This document shows, in pieces, positions 34,757 to 44,450 of a stretch of DNA of 64,000 nt. Every line of letters begins with the position of its first letter. The first letter of the stretch is position 1. The DNA is from Thermoplasmata archaeon (GTDB lineage Archaea; Thermoplasmatota; Thermoplasmata; UBA10834). The DNA lies in assembly GCA_041548485.1 (NCBI GenBank), contig JBFESP010000004.1, positions 33,319-97,318 of the forward strand, written 5' to 3'. A program made the position numbers and the translations under genes. Below the pieces are notes generated by a model. That model did no database searches. It saw only the letters and a program-made list of their open reading frames with translations, and was not told the origin of the DNA.

Positions 34757-37700
34757 TTCAGGTCCTCCAGTTGCAGGCGCATGACGACTCCGAGCGACAA
34801 CAGCTCGTCCAGGAGCAGTTTGAACGCGTACGAAGTCTGTATCTGGGATATCTTCGAGTTGTTCCCGCAGACGGGGCACCTGAACGTGCCGCGCCGGTCT
34901 AGTATGGCCACGTGGCCGCAGGTCGGATTGCCGCAGACGTACTGCAGCGTACCGTCCGACTCGTCCAGCAGCCTGTCCCTGATCACCATGGCCGCCCCGT
35001 GACCGATCAGGCAGTCCCTCTCCATCTCTCCGAACCTGAGACCACCCTGCCGGGACCGGCCCTCGGTCGGCTGTCTGGTGAGTATCTGCACGGGCCCGCG
35101 GCTCCTGACATGCAGTTTGCCGGAGACCATGTGATGCAGTTTCTGATAGTAGATGACGCCGATGAATATCTCGGCGTTTATCATCCTGCCAGTTGTGCCG
35201 TCGTACATGATCTCCTTGCCGTTGTGCTTGAACCCGTTCTTCACGAGCGCATCCCGTATGGCATCCTCACGCTCGCCGCTGAACGGCGTGCCGTCCATGA
35301 TCCGGCCCTCCATCGAGCCTACCTTGCCTCCGACCATCTCCAGCACATGCGCGACGGTCATACGCGACGGGATCGCGTGCGGGTTGATTATCAGGTCTGG
35401 GACCATGCCGCTATCGGTGAAGGGCATGTCGTGCTGGTCGACCAGTAGGCCGATGACGCCCTTCTGGCCGTGCCTTGACGCGAACTTGTCCCCGAGTTCG
35501 GGTGTGCGCTCATCCCTCACCTTGACCTTGACCAGACGGGAGCCGTTCTCGGACTCTGTGAGCATAACACTGTCGACCCAGCCCTTCTCCCCCGGACGAA
35601 CGGTCACGGATGTCTCGCGCCTCTTCTGCGGCGTGAGGAAGTCCGCCTCCTCCTCGAGGAACCTCGGGGGGGAGGTCTTGCCGATCAGGACTTCTCCGCC
35701 CTCGACCTTCGTCTCTGGGCTGATCAAACCGTCCTCTCCGAGGTTGCTGTACGAAAGGTCGGCCCTCGCACCCCTGACATCGGGGCTGGGTATCTCGAAG
35801 TGGTCCTCCTGACCACCTGGGTACCTCCTCTCCTCTGCCCTGTAAGTCCTCATGAATGTGGACCTGCCGAGCGCGCGCTCGATGGACGACTTGTTCATGA
35901 TGACCGCATCCTCCATGTTGTACCCGTGGTACGAGAGGATGGCCACCACGTAGTTCTGCCCGGCGGGCCTGCGATCGAAGCTGACGAACTCCATGGGTTT
36001 CGTGGTCACCAACGGCTTCTGCGGGTAGTGCAGTATGTGGCTCCTCGTATCAGGGCGGATCCTGTAGTTGGACGAACTGAGTCCCAGGGACTGCTTCGCC
36101 ATGCCGGAACCCATCGTGACCCTCGGGCTGGAGTTGTGCTCTGGATAGGGAACTACCGCCGAGCAGACCCCTAGGATGACCATCGGGTCGACCTCCAGAT
36201 GTGTGTACTCGTCGACCAGCAGCGATTCGATCTGCATCGTCCCTCCGCAGGCCCTGCATTCGAGCACCACTTTGCCCTCTTCCCCCGGATTCCTCCAGTC
36301 GGCATCCATCTCGGACAGGATCTTGCCGCAGTGACTGCACTTCTCCGGCGTATCGTAGGCGGAGACCGCGATGAAAGAGTCCTCCTCCTCCTCGGCGTCG
36401 ACCCATTCGACGACGCCCTCGCGTATCAGGTCGGACCACTTGGTCTTGCCCGAGCGCATGTCCTCGACATGGGCCCTGGTCATCAGCGTCCTCCCGTGAC
36501 GCACGACGAGCAGCGGCCTTCTCAGCCTGCCCTCGTCGCAGTTGATTATGATCTCGTTCATGTTGCCGTCGAACCGCACGTTGACCTCGTGCGACAGAAG
36601 ACCTGAACGCCTCCTCTGGCGCACTTCCTCCACGAGCTCCTTGGGCTTGTCGTAGAGCCCTATCAGGTCTCCGTTGACATACACCCTGGTCTCGGTGGTC
36701 TGATGCTCGCTGACCTCCCTCACGCCGAGGTCCCTCAGAAGCCATATCATCTCTCTCTCGTCCGTCCCCTCTGAGACGTCGACTATCAGCGCGCAGTTCT
36801 TGACGAGACCGCAGTTCTGGCCCTCAGGGGTCTCGTTCGGACAAAGCCTGCCCCACTGCGTGGGGTGCAAGTCCCTCGCTTCGAAGTGCGGCTGACTCCT
36901 TGTCAGAGGCGATGTGACCCTCCTCAGATGCGATAGGGCGCTCATGTTGGAGGTCCGGTCCAGCAACTGCGAGACGCCCGCCCTTCCGCCGACCCAGTTC
37001 CCGGTGGCGAACGCGTGCAGGAGCCGGTGGGTGAGCAGGTCTGGCCGAATGGCCGACGATATCCTCAGACCCTTCTTCCTCGTGTAGCCCCTCTCGAGCT
37101 GGTACTTGAGGTCCTTGATCAGGTTCGTAAGGGAGACCCTGAAGAGGTCCTCTATGAGATCGCCTGCCAGCTTGAGACGTTTGTTGGCGTAGTGGTCCTT
37201 GTCATCCGCCTTCCTCTTACCGAGTTCCATCTCGAGGATGGTCCTCGCGACCCTGCCGAGGAATATCGCCTTCTTCAGACGCACGTCGCCCGTGTCGCCC
37301 AGATGGGGCAGGAGCGACCTGTCGATGATGCTCTCCACCTTCTTCGCCCTGTACTCCTTCGCCTGCCCAGTCGCGAACTTGCGCTCGAGGAAGAGGATCG
37401 CGTCCTCGGTCGTGAATATCCCGTTCGGAGGGTAGAGCTTCTTGTTCTGGCACTCCTCGATGTTGGCGTACACGATGTTGGCCATCTGGGGGTCCGAGAC
37501 TACGGCCCTGTAGATCTCCTCGTCGCTCTCCATCCCGAGAGCCTTCATCAGCACTATGAGAGGTATCTGTCCGGACGCTGCCGGCACGGAGACGACCATC
37601 ACGCCGTCCTTCTTCTTCTCCATCAACGTGAGAGCCCTGTAGCCCTCCCTCTGGGAGAACACCTTGGCGACATGGAGACTGGTGCCGTATCTCTCGTTGA

Positions 37701-38343
37701 GTTCGACCATCACCCTGTTGGGAGCCAAGTCCTCGAGCGATATGAGCGCACGCTCCGTGCCACCGATGATGAAGTATCCGCCGGGATCACACAGGTCCTC
37801 GCCCATCGTAGCGAGGAACTTGTCCATCTCCTCCGACGTCGGCTCGCGGTCGAGGTCGACGTTGTCTCTGTGGAGGTTGCACTTCTTTGACTGGATCATG
37901 ACCGGCAGGTTGCCGATGTGTACCTTCTCCGGCTCTCTCTCGATGCCGTCCTCGACCAGTGTGAATTCAAGGTAGATCGGGGCTGAGTAGTTCAGGTTCC
38001 TCAACCTGGCCTCCATCGGGTACAGCGCGTGCGTCGCACCGTTGGCCTCCTTGATCACCGGGTTGCCGACTGAGATGGTCGGCTTGGCGTTCTGGTCGAT
38101 CAAGCCTGTCTTCTCGTCCCTCTTCCTTCCGAGGCGTATCTCGGTAATCTTCCCCTCGGTCCTGTCCGGGTCCAGTCGGATGACGCCCCTGTAGGACTCG
38201 TCCGGTGACGCGCGGACGTTGTCCACTATCATCTGCATCCTGCTGTTGGGGTGGTCCAGGGTCGGCAGGAAATCGTCGTACGATGCGATATGATGGTTGA
38301 CTACGCTCCGCTCTTTGAAATAGGTCTCTACGAGCTCCCTCAC
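34753..38343 (-). CDS. rpoB: RNA polymerase subunit B (Rpo2), unsplit
   Basis: [36 protein letters not shown]. Confidence 0.98.
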
Positions 38344-38347
38344 GTGT

Positions 38348-38605
38348 TCACCCCCGGATTACTAGCCTGTAGCAGACCGCCATGCCGCTGGTCGCGCTCC
38401 GCCTCACGATCTTGACGATCATTCCCTCCTCGACAGGGCCAGATATGGCGTCGAGCGCTAGTATGCACGGATCCGAGAGTCTGATCTTCGGAAGCTGGTC
38501 CTTCGTCAGACCGTACTGCTTCAGTACCTTGCCGACTTCCTTCTCTGGCAGAACATGATGCTCAGGTACGAGCTCATGCTCCAGAACGTTGGATTCCTCA
38601 ACCAT
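38348..38605 (-). CDS. rpoH: RNA polymerase subunit H (Rpo5)
   Basis: [31 protein letters not shown]. Confidence 0.95.
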   Translation of the reverse strand: MVEESNVLEHELVPEHHVLPEKEVGKVLKQYGLTKDQLPKIRLSDPCILALDAISGPVEEGMIVKIVRRSATSGMAVCYRLVIRG

Positions 38606-38693
38606 TTCGAATTCACCCCACAAGAGTTGGACCGGGCTTATGAGAGGCGTTCATCTCCGACCCTACCTTGGGATTCCTCGACGCGCCGCCAAG

Positions 38694-38837
38694 CGGGCCC
38701 GCGGGGATTTCCGAGACTAGTCTGTGAGACTTAGTCATTCGAACCCCGGGCCACCTGCTTAAAAGGCAGATGCTCTTTCTAGGGAGTCTTATACACAGAG
38801 AATGCATGAGATTCCTACCTAGCTGAGCTACGGGCCC
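38694..38837 (-). tRNA. tRNA-Lys(UUU) with two non-canonical introns (40 nt at about 20/21, 38777-38816; 30 nt at about 59/60, 38708-38737)
   Basis: Removing both inserts gives a clean 74-nt cloverleaf GGGCCCGTAGCTCAGCTAGGTAGAGCATCTGCCTTTTAAGCAGGTGGCCCGGGGTTCGAATCCCCGCGGGCCCG; both junctions form bulge-helix-bulge-like motifs. Confidence 0.9.
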
Positions 38838-39261
38838 GTGGGCGGCGCGGATACCCGAGGCTGCTTCAGCAGGGCGTGTAGTCCGTTCTATTATTTAATA
38901 CCTACCTCATCCTAGCACTCGCACAGGAATCTTCTCCGAATATCGAATAAAAATAACGTTTGATAGAATTATTGACGAGTTATAAAATCTGGGACTCGGG
39001 AAGAACTTTATACTTTCCGCTTGCGAAGCGATGTCATGGACGAGCTTGACGCGGTCCGAGAATTGCACCGGTTTTCGGCATGCTGGCACCTTCATCTGAC
39101 CATGTTGTGAGAACCGGGGTGCGAATAGCGCACATCTTCGGTCACGAGCCCACTCAGGGGAACGATTCGAAGTATTTCCGAAGAGCGGTTCCGCAACGCA
39201 GCGGGAAATCAGCAGGTGTTATATACAGAAAGCATGTTCCTCAGCTTCGAGGTAGAACGGT

Positions 39262-39432
39262 TTGATTGGCCAGGAGAAGGCTTGTTCCTCTTGCGGAATC
39301 CGACTAGTCAAGAGTTCGGAGACCACATTCCCATGCCCAGACTGCGGAAGAAGTACGATCGGAAGATGCACGAGATGCAGAGACCAGAGCGTGAAGTACA
39401 GTTGCACTGAGTGTGGCTTCTCTGGTCCGTGA
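39262..39432 (+). CDS. Small zinc-finger protein (HVO_2753/DUF1610-like), 56 aa
   Basis: Manual translation MIGQEKACSSCG...FPCPDCG...GRCTRCR...YSCTECGFSGP (four CxxC); typical position upstream of aEF-1beta; below ORF-track cutoff. Confidence 0.88.
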   Translation: MIGQEKACSSCGIRLVKSSETTFPCPDCGRSTIGRCTRCRDQSVKYSCTECGFSGP

Positions 39433-39441
39433 GGTGTTTCC

Positions 39442-39708
39442 ATGGGAGAGGTCGCGTTACAGTATCGGATCCTACCTGACGGCCTGGAGGTCGATCTCGA
39501 CGGACTCCTGGACAGCATAACCAAGGCTTTGCCCGAGGGGGCGCAGCTGAAGGCGTCCGAGAAGAAGGCCGTCGCTTTCGGCCTGAATGCGATTCACGTG
39601 CTCGTCGTCCTTGATGATAAGGAGGGGGGCGTGGAGAAGGTCGAGTCGACCCTGGCGGGCATCCAAGGAGTCCAGAGCGTGGAGATAGTCCAGATGGGGC
39701 TCCTGTGA
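39442..39708 (+). CDS. ef1b: Translation elongation factor aEF-1beta
   Basis: MGEVALQYRILP...VAFGLNAI...VQSVE. Confidence 0.93.
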   Translation: MGEVALQYRILPDGLEVDLDGLLDSITKALPEGAQLKASEKKAVAFGLNAIHVLVVLDDKEGGVEKVESTLAGIQGVQSVEIVQMGLL

Positions 39709-39732
39709 AGCACACCGCCGATTCCCGAGAAC

Positions 39733-40365
39733 TCACTTCTTCGATTTCCTGTCCGGGGGGCAGCAGGATTTGAGGATATCCCTCAGTTCGCTCTTCCTCC
39801 TGACTCGTTCCTCGTAGCTCTTATCGTCCTCGTTTATCAGAGCCGCGTATTCAAGCATGGTCTGCTTGACAAAGAAGCCGACATCATCCATGTCTTCGAT
39901 CTTCTCGGTGTGCTTGCCTGCGCCACAGCATTCCTCGATCTCGTTGACAATCTTTGCTATCTTCTTGATGGACTTGGCGTCGGGCTTTGAAATCACCCCT
40001 ATCTTGGCAAGGCCGTCGAGCGCGCCCGTGGTCAGCTCCTCTATCGCCTGCTTGCCCTTGGTCTCACCGCATGAGAGGTGGAACATCTCGGCCGCTGACC
40101 GGTAGTACGTCTCGATGAAATGGCCCACGCGCTCCTCCCGCGCCACCTCCACGACCCCGACCTTCTTCATCTTCCGTATGTGGTGGTATATCGCCTGGGA
40201 CGTCAAACCGATGTCGCTCGCTATCTGGCTGACAGTCATCTCCTTCACCTTGAGGAGATAGATGATCTTCCTTCGCGTCCCGTCGGCCAGTATTTCGAAT
40301 GCCTCGGGGTCCTTTATGGTCTTCACAGCCTTCAACGCAAGCACCAGTAAAACACATGGTGACAC
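39733..40365 (-). CDS. ArsR-type winged-HTH transcriptional regulator with C-terminal domain
   Basis: LADGTRRKII, MTVSQIA...QAIYHHIRKM..VGVVEV..EERVG...ETYY; two CC pairs; true start may be 40344 or 40335. Confidence 0.85.
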   Translation of the reverse strand: MSPCVLLVLALKAVKTIKDPEAFEILADGTRRKIIYLLKVKEMTVSQIASDIGLTSQAIYHHIRKMKKVGVVEVAREERVGHFIETYYRSAAEMFHLSCGETKGKQAIEELTTGALDGLAKIGVISKPDAKSIKKIAKIVNEIEECCGAGKHTEKIEDMDDVGFFVKQTMLEYAALINEDDKSYEERVRRKSELRDILKSCCPPDRKSKK

Positions 40366-40399
40366 TGCACTATAATGCTTTTCATTATACAGTGAGTGT
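40362..40399. promoter_or_regulatory. Palindromic putative operator between ArsR-like gene and divergent small-ORF operon
   Basis: TATAATG-CTTTT-CATTATA perfect core (40371-40389) with imperfect ACACT...AGTGT arms. Confidence 0.55.
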
Positions 40400-40460
40400 T
40401 ACTCTATTAAAACGAAGGTTTTATTAACCAAAAGTCCCATTGGGTGTTGCAAAGGAGTGT

Positions 40461-40583
40461 TTGAACGTGTTCACGGCAAGCGAGGGAACAGAGTTCAGGG
40501 CCCGGAAGGATCGAGCGCGTGATCCCGCGCTCTTCGAGGTCTGGATGAAGGTCGAGATGGGCACCAGGGGGCGCGTGCAATGA
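40461..40583 (+). CDS. Putative 40-aa small protein
   Basis: TATA-like TTTATTAA upstream, AAGGAG SD, TTG start; stop overlaps the next ATG (ATGA). Confidence 0.4.
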   Translation: MNVFTASEGTEFRARKDRARDPALFEVWMKVEMGTRGRVQ

Positions 40584-40867
40584 CTTTCGGCCCATACTTG
40601 CTGCCGTCCGCGCGCAGGAACAGGCACGAGGACCTCGAGCGGTATGTCCAGCACGAATATCGCGAAGACGGTGCGCACTGGCTCGCCGCGACCGACGGTC
40701 ACGGGACTCATCTGAGACTGCCGGGCGAGGGGTCCGGAAAGCCAGCGCGAGACGGCGGCGCCTGTTGCGCCCAGACGAGGAGGGCAGAAGCCGGGAGTTG
40801 CTGTCCTGTGATGGGTGCGGTTTCAAAGGGAAGGCCCACAGCCGGCGTCACGTCGAGAGGCGACTGA
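40580..40867 (+). CDS. Hypothetical 95-aa protein with His residues and two CC pairs
   Basis: Coupled to the upstream ORF by ATGA overlap; next ATG follows 1 bp after its stop. Confidence 0.45.
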   Translation: MTFGPYLLPSARRNRHEDLERYVQHEYREDGAHWLAATDGHGTHLRLPGEGSGKPARDGGACCAQTRRAEAGSCCPVMGAVSKGRPTAGVTSRGD

Positions 40868-40868
40868 T

Positions 40869-40991
40869 ATGGAGAATCAGCATCGTTGCGGGCAGCGGAC
40901 CTGTACTCACTGCGGGTTGGAGTGCGACTGCGGATCGCTTGAGTGTCCCAGATGTGGGAACGTGTTCACAAAACCTTGCGGTCGCGATTGA
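40869..40991 (+). CDS. Putative 40-aa Cys-rich zinc-ribbon-like peptide
   Basis: MENQHRCGQRTCTHCGLECDCGSLECPRCGNVFTKPCGRD; CTHCG and CPRCG knuckles, 8 Cys. Confidence 0.55.
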   Translation: MENQHRCGQRTCTHCGLECDCGSLECPRCGNVFTKPCGRD

Positions 40992-41109
40992 GGCGCACTC
41001 TCGAGATCGACTGAAACGATGCCAGGCCCGCCTTCACTTACTCGGGTTCGTCAGATATCGGGCCAAGTGGTTTGGGAGAAATGGTTTCGCGCAATCGGAC
41101 CAGGTGACC

Positions 41110-42537
41110 TCAGACCTTCGGCGGCGGCAGGATGTACTTCCCCTTCATGAGGTATTTCGTCTGGTTCCTCGCGCGTCTGATCACGCTCTCGGCCTTGTCG
41201 TACAGCTCCTTCCTGCTGTGCTTCTCCCTTGCGAGGCCCTCGTTTATCGCTGCCAAACCGACGGCGACGGCCTCCCGCGGGAAAACCTCCCACTCGTCCA
41301 TCGTCGGGACGATGTAGTCATCCCTCAGCCCGTTGTCCTCGGCGGTCTTCGCAAGCTCGAGAACCGCGGCGAGGCACATCGTGTCGGATATGGTCTTGGC
41401 CTTCACATCGAGCGTTCCCCTGAATATGCCCGGGAAGCCGAGAGAGTTGTTGACCTGGTTCGGGAAGTCGGACCTGCCGGTCGCGATTATCTTCGCGCCC
41501 GCCTCCTTGGCCTCCCACGGCCAAATCTCGGGTATCGGGTTGGCCGTGGCGAACACTATCGCGTCGTCCGCCATGCCCTCGATCCAATCGATCTTGAGGG
41601 TGCCCGGACCCGGCTTCGACGCCGCGACGACGATATCAGCGCCCTTCATGGCATCTGCGTCGGTCCCGACGACGCCTTCCTTGTTGGAGTGCTCGCACAT
41701 GAACAGCTTTTCCCTGAACTCTGCCTTGATGTCTCCCCGGTCCGAGTGGAGCGTCCCCTTCGAGTCGCACATGACCATGTTCTCCCACTTGAAGCCGGAA
41801 AGCTGCATGATCCTGGATATGGCGATGTTGGCCGCTCCAGCACCGACGAAGGCGGCCTTCATCTGGGAGGGTTTCTTGCCGACCATCTTCGCAGCGTTTA
41901 TCGCCCCTGCGGCGACAATCGTGCCTGTTCCCTGCTGGTCATCGTGCCAGACTGGTATCTCGCACTCCTCCCGGAGGCGCTCGAGTATGTAGAAACACTT
42001 CGGCTGGGCGATGTCCTCGAGGTTGACCCCTCCCAGGGAAGGTTGGAGGTATTTGACGGTCTTGATGAACTCCTCGGGGTCCTTGGTGCCTAGACAGAGC
42101 GGGAAGGCGTCCACGCCGCCGAGGTATTTGAACAGAAGGGATTTCCCTTCCATGACAGGCATGCCGGCCTCGGGGCCGATGTCCCCCAGACCCAGGACCC
42201 GAGTGCCATCGGATATGACGCCGACGGTGTTCCAGCGGTTGGTGTGCACGTATGATAGTTCCTTGTTCTTGTTGATCGCTTTGCACGGCTCCGCCACTCC
42301 GGGGGTGTACCATATCGCGAAATCGCTGAAGTCGCGGACCACGCACTTCGGCGTGATCTCGATCTTGCCTTCGTAGAACGGATGATAGGCCATCGCCAAC
42401 CTGGCGGGCTCGTATGCCTTCTTCAGCATCTGGTCCACGGATGCCTTCGTTGGAGCCTTGGCCTTCGGCTTCCCCGCCTTCTTCGCGGAAGCTATCTTAG
42501 CAGCCTTCTTCTTCCCAGGTTTGGATTTCTTTGCCAT
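41110..42537 (-). CDS. NAD(P)-dependent malic enzyme with Lys-rich N-terminal tail
   Basis: YTPGVA, VLGLGDIG, PVMEGK, NLEDI, HDDQQGT, TGRSDFPNQVNN. Confidence 0.95.
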   Translation of the reverse strand: MAKKSKPGKKKAAKIASAKKAGKPKAKAPTKASVDQMLKKAYEPARLAMAYHPFYEGKIEITPKCVVRDFSDFAIWYTPGVAEPCKAINKNKELSYVHTNRWNTVGVISDGTRVLGLGDIGPEAGMPVMEGKSLLFKYLGGVDAFPLCLGTKDPEEFIKTVKYLQPSLGGVNLEDIAQPKCFYILERLREECEIPVWHDDQQGTGTIVAAGAINAAKMVGKKPSQMKAAFVGAGAANIAISRIMQLSGFKWENMVMCDSKGTLHSDRGDIKAEFREKLFMCEHSNKEGVVGTDADAMKGADIVVAASKPGPGTLKIDWIEGMADDAIVFATANPIPEIWPWEAKEAGAKIIATGRSDFPNQVNNSLGFPGIFRGTLDVKAKTISDTMCLAAVLELAKTAEDNGLRDDYIVPTMDEWEVFPREAVAVGLAAINEGLAREKHSRKELYDKAESVIRRARNQTKYLMKGKYILPPPKV

Positions 42538-42751
42538 TCGATTCTACTCCTTGTCTCTCGGCGTAAGTCGAAAGTCGTTGCACTTCTCTCTGAATTCGGA
42601 CAGATTCATAACGGCTTTCTTATGCTTGCGACCGATGAAAGGGGAACATTTCGGCGCATTAATACATTGCCATGTTACTTGATGCTTCGAGGGATGTTCT
42701 GACCCTCTGCCGACGATTCATATAAGCTTGCCCTCGGACATGGCGTCCTAG

Positions 42752-44395
42752 ATGAGAGCGCTCGTGCTTGATGGTTACACGGACGAGCCGGCCTGTCTTG
42801 GTGTGCCGCCCTTCATCTCACCGTACGTCCGCATGGCATACGGGGCTCTCCGGGCGGCTGGCGCGGAGACCGGGTACGCCACGATCGACCAGTTGAGGAC
42901 AGAACGGACCGACCTAACCAGGTTCGATCTGCTCGCGGTGGTTAGGCATGTGGCCGTTCCAGGCAAGTATCTCCGCGGCATGCCCGCCAGCGATAGGGAA
43001 CTCGCGGAGATAGGGAGAAGATTCCGGGGCCCCAGCATCGTTAGCCTGGGCCGGGGTGCCTCTGGAGGAACCGCTCCGACACCTTTGAGGGATGCGTTTC
43101 ATCGCATAGCTGACGGAGACATCGATGCGGGATTGTTCGACCTGGTCGCCTACGGGAGCTATGTGGACCGGAGGAGAACGATGGGGGAGTGGAACACTTG
43201 GCTCCTAAAAGGGACGGAGGCCTGTGAGAGCCATCCCGACCACGGCGGACCCTTGATCGCCGAGGTGCAGATGTCGAGAGGCTGCGTCAGGTATGTCTCC
43301 GGCGGCTGTGGGTTCTGTACGGAACCGTTGCACGGCGAGATCGTCTTCCGCACGCCCAAAGACATACTCGCGGAGGCAGAGGCGCTCGGCCGAGTGGGGG
43401 TGAAGAATCTACGTCTAGGCGCACAATCGTGCGTGTACTCCTACATGGCGAAAGGTGTTGGGGAGACGGAGACGCCGACCCCCTCTCCGGATGTGACGGA
43501 GAAGCTGCTCAGAGGCATATCCGAGGCGGTCCACCCGACGGTATTACACCTGGACAACGCCAACCCAGCGGTGATCGCGTCCCATCCGGATGAGGCTAGA
43601 GAGGTCACGAAGGCGATTGCGAGGCACTGCACCAGCGGGAACGTGCTGGCTTTCGGACTGGAGAGTGCCGATCCCAGCGTCTTCAGGGCGAACAACCTCA
43701 ACTCGGATCCAGAGCAGACCCTCGCCGCCATAAGGCTCGTGAACGAGGTGGGAGGTGCGAGGGGGGCAAACGGACTTCCACGAGTTCTGCCGGGCATCAA
43801 CTTCCTAGCAGGACTGTCCGGTGAGACGAAGGAGACCTACAGATCTAACATGGATTTCCTCACGAGCGTTCTCTCTGAGGGGCTCCTACTGAGACGCACG
43901 AACATACGCCAGGTCATACCGGCTCGAAAAGAGTACCCGGGAGTGAGGTCAAAGGGGGAGTTCTCAAGGTTCAAGAGGTGGGTGAGGCAGGAAGTCGACC
44001 TGCCGATGCTGGAAAGGATCATCCCAGACGGGACGGTGCTCAGATCAGTCTACACTGAACTCAGAGAGGGTGGCAGGACCTTCGGAAGGCAGGTGGGGAC
44101 ATATCCGATCCTAGTCGGTCTACCATATCCTGTCGAGGTGGGCAGATGGGTCGATGTCGCGGTGACTGGGAGAGGGCCGAAGAGCGTGATCGGGATAATG
44201 CAGCCGACTCCGGCGAACACGGCATCCTTGGCGATGCTGGAAGCAGTGCCGGGAATAGGGAGGCGGAGAGCTATGGCGATCGTGAGGGGGAGACCGTACC
44301 GCACGTCCGAGGAGCTGTGGAAGGTGTTGGGGGAGGACGACTCCCTCACAGCCGCCAGGACGCACCTCGCGCTGGATGACGCAGACCGCGGGTAA
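42752..44395 (+). CDS. Radical SAM protein with TRAM-like and C-terminal helix-hairpin-helix domains (uncharacterised archaeal family)
   Basis: DGYTDEPACLGVPP, RGCVRYVSGGCGFCTEP, HLDNANP, FGRQVGTYP, LEAVPGIG. Confidence 0.85.
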   Translation: MRALVLDGYTDEPACLGVPPFISPYVRMAYGALRAAGAETGYATIDQLRTERTDLTRFDLLAVVRHVAVPGKYLRGMPASDRELAEIGRRFRGPSIVSLGRGASGGTAPTPLRDAFHRIADGDIDAGLFDLVAYGSYVDRRRTMGEWNTWLLKGTEACESHPDHGGPLIAEVQMSRGCVRYVSGGCGFCTEPLHGEIVFRTPKDILAEAEALGRVGVKNLRLGAQSCVYSYMAKGVGETETPTPSPDVTEKLLRGISEAVHPTVLHLDNANPAVIASHPDEAREVTKAIARHCTSGNVLAFGLESADPSVFRANNLNSDPEQTLAAIRLVNEVGGARGANGLPRVLPGINFLAGLSGETKETYRSNMDFLTSVLSEGLLLRRTNIRQVIPARKEYPGVRSKGEFSRFKRWVRQEVDLPMLERIIPDGTVLRSVYTELREGGRTFGRQVGTYPILVGLPYPVEVGRWVDVAVTGRGPKSVIGIMQPTPANTASLAMLEAVPGIGRRRAMAIVRGRPYRTSEELWKVLGEDDSLTAARTHLALDDADRG

Positions 44396-44450
44396 CAGTC
44401 AAGTTATAGTATTGACCGCTCGATTCGCATTGCGCACAGAAGGTGGGAGT

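Noticed and set aside
38880-39240. AT-rich intergenic region as origin or island
   Set aside because: Explained by divergent promoters for tRNA-Lys and the zinc finger/EF-1beta genes; no ORBs or terminal repeats seen.
40765-42093. Long alternative ORFs (e.g. 442 aa antisense to malic enzyme; 58577-59614 antisense to ftsZ; 24406-25644 antisense to aglB)
   Set aside because: Shadow frames typical of GC-rich coding DNA, overlapping clearly identified genes.
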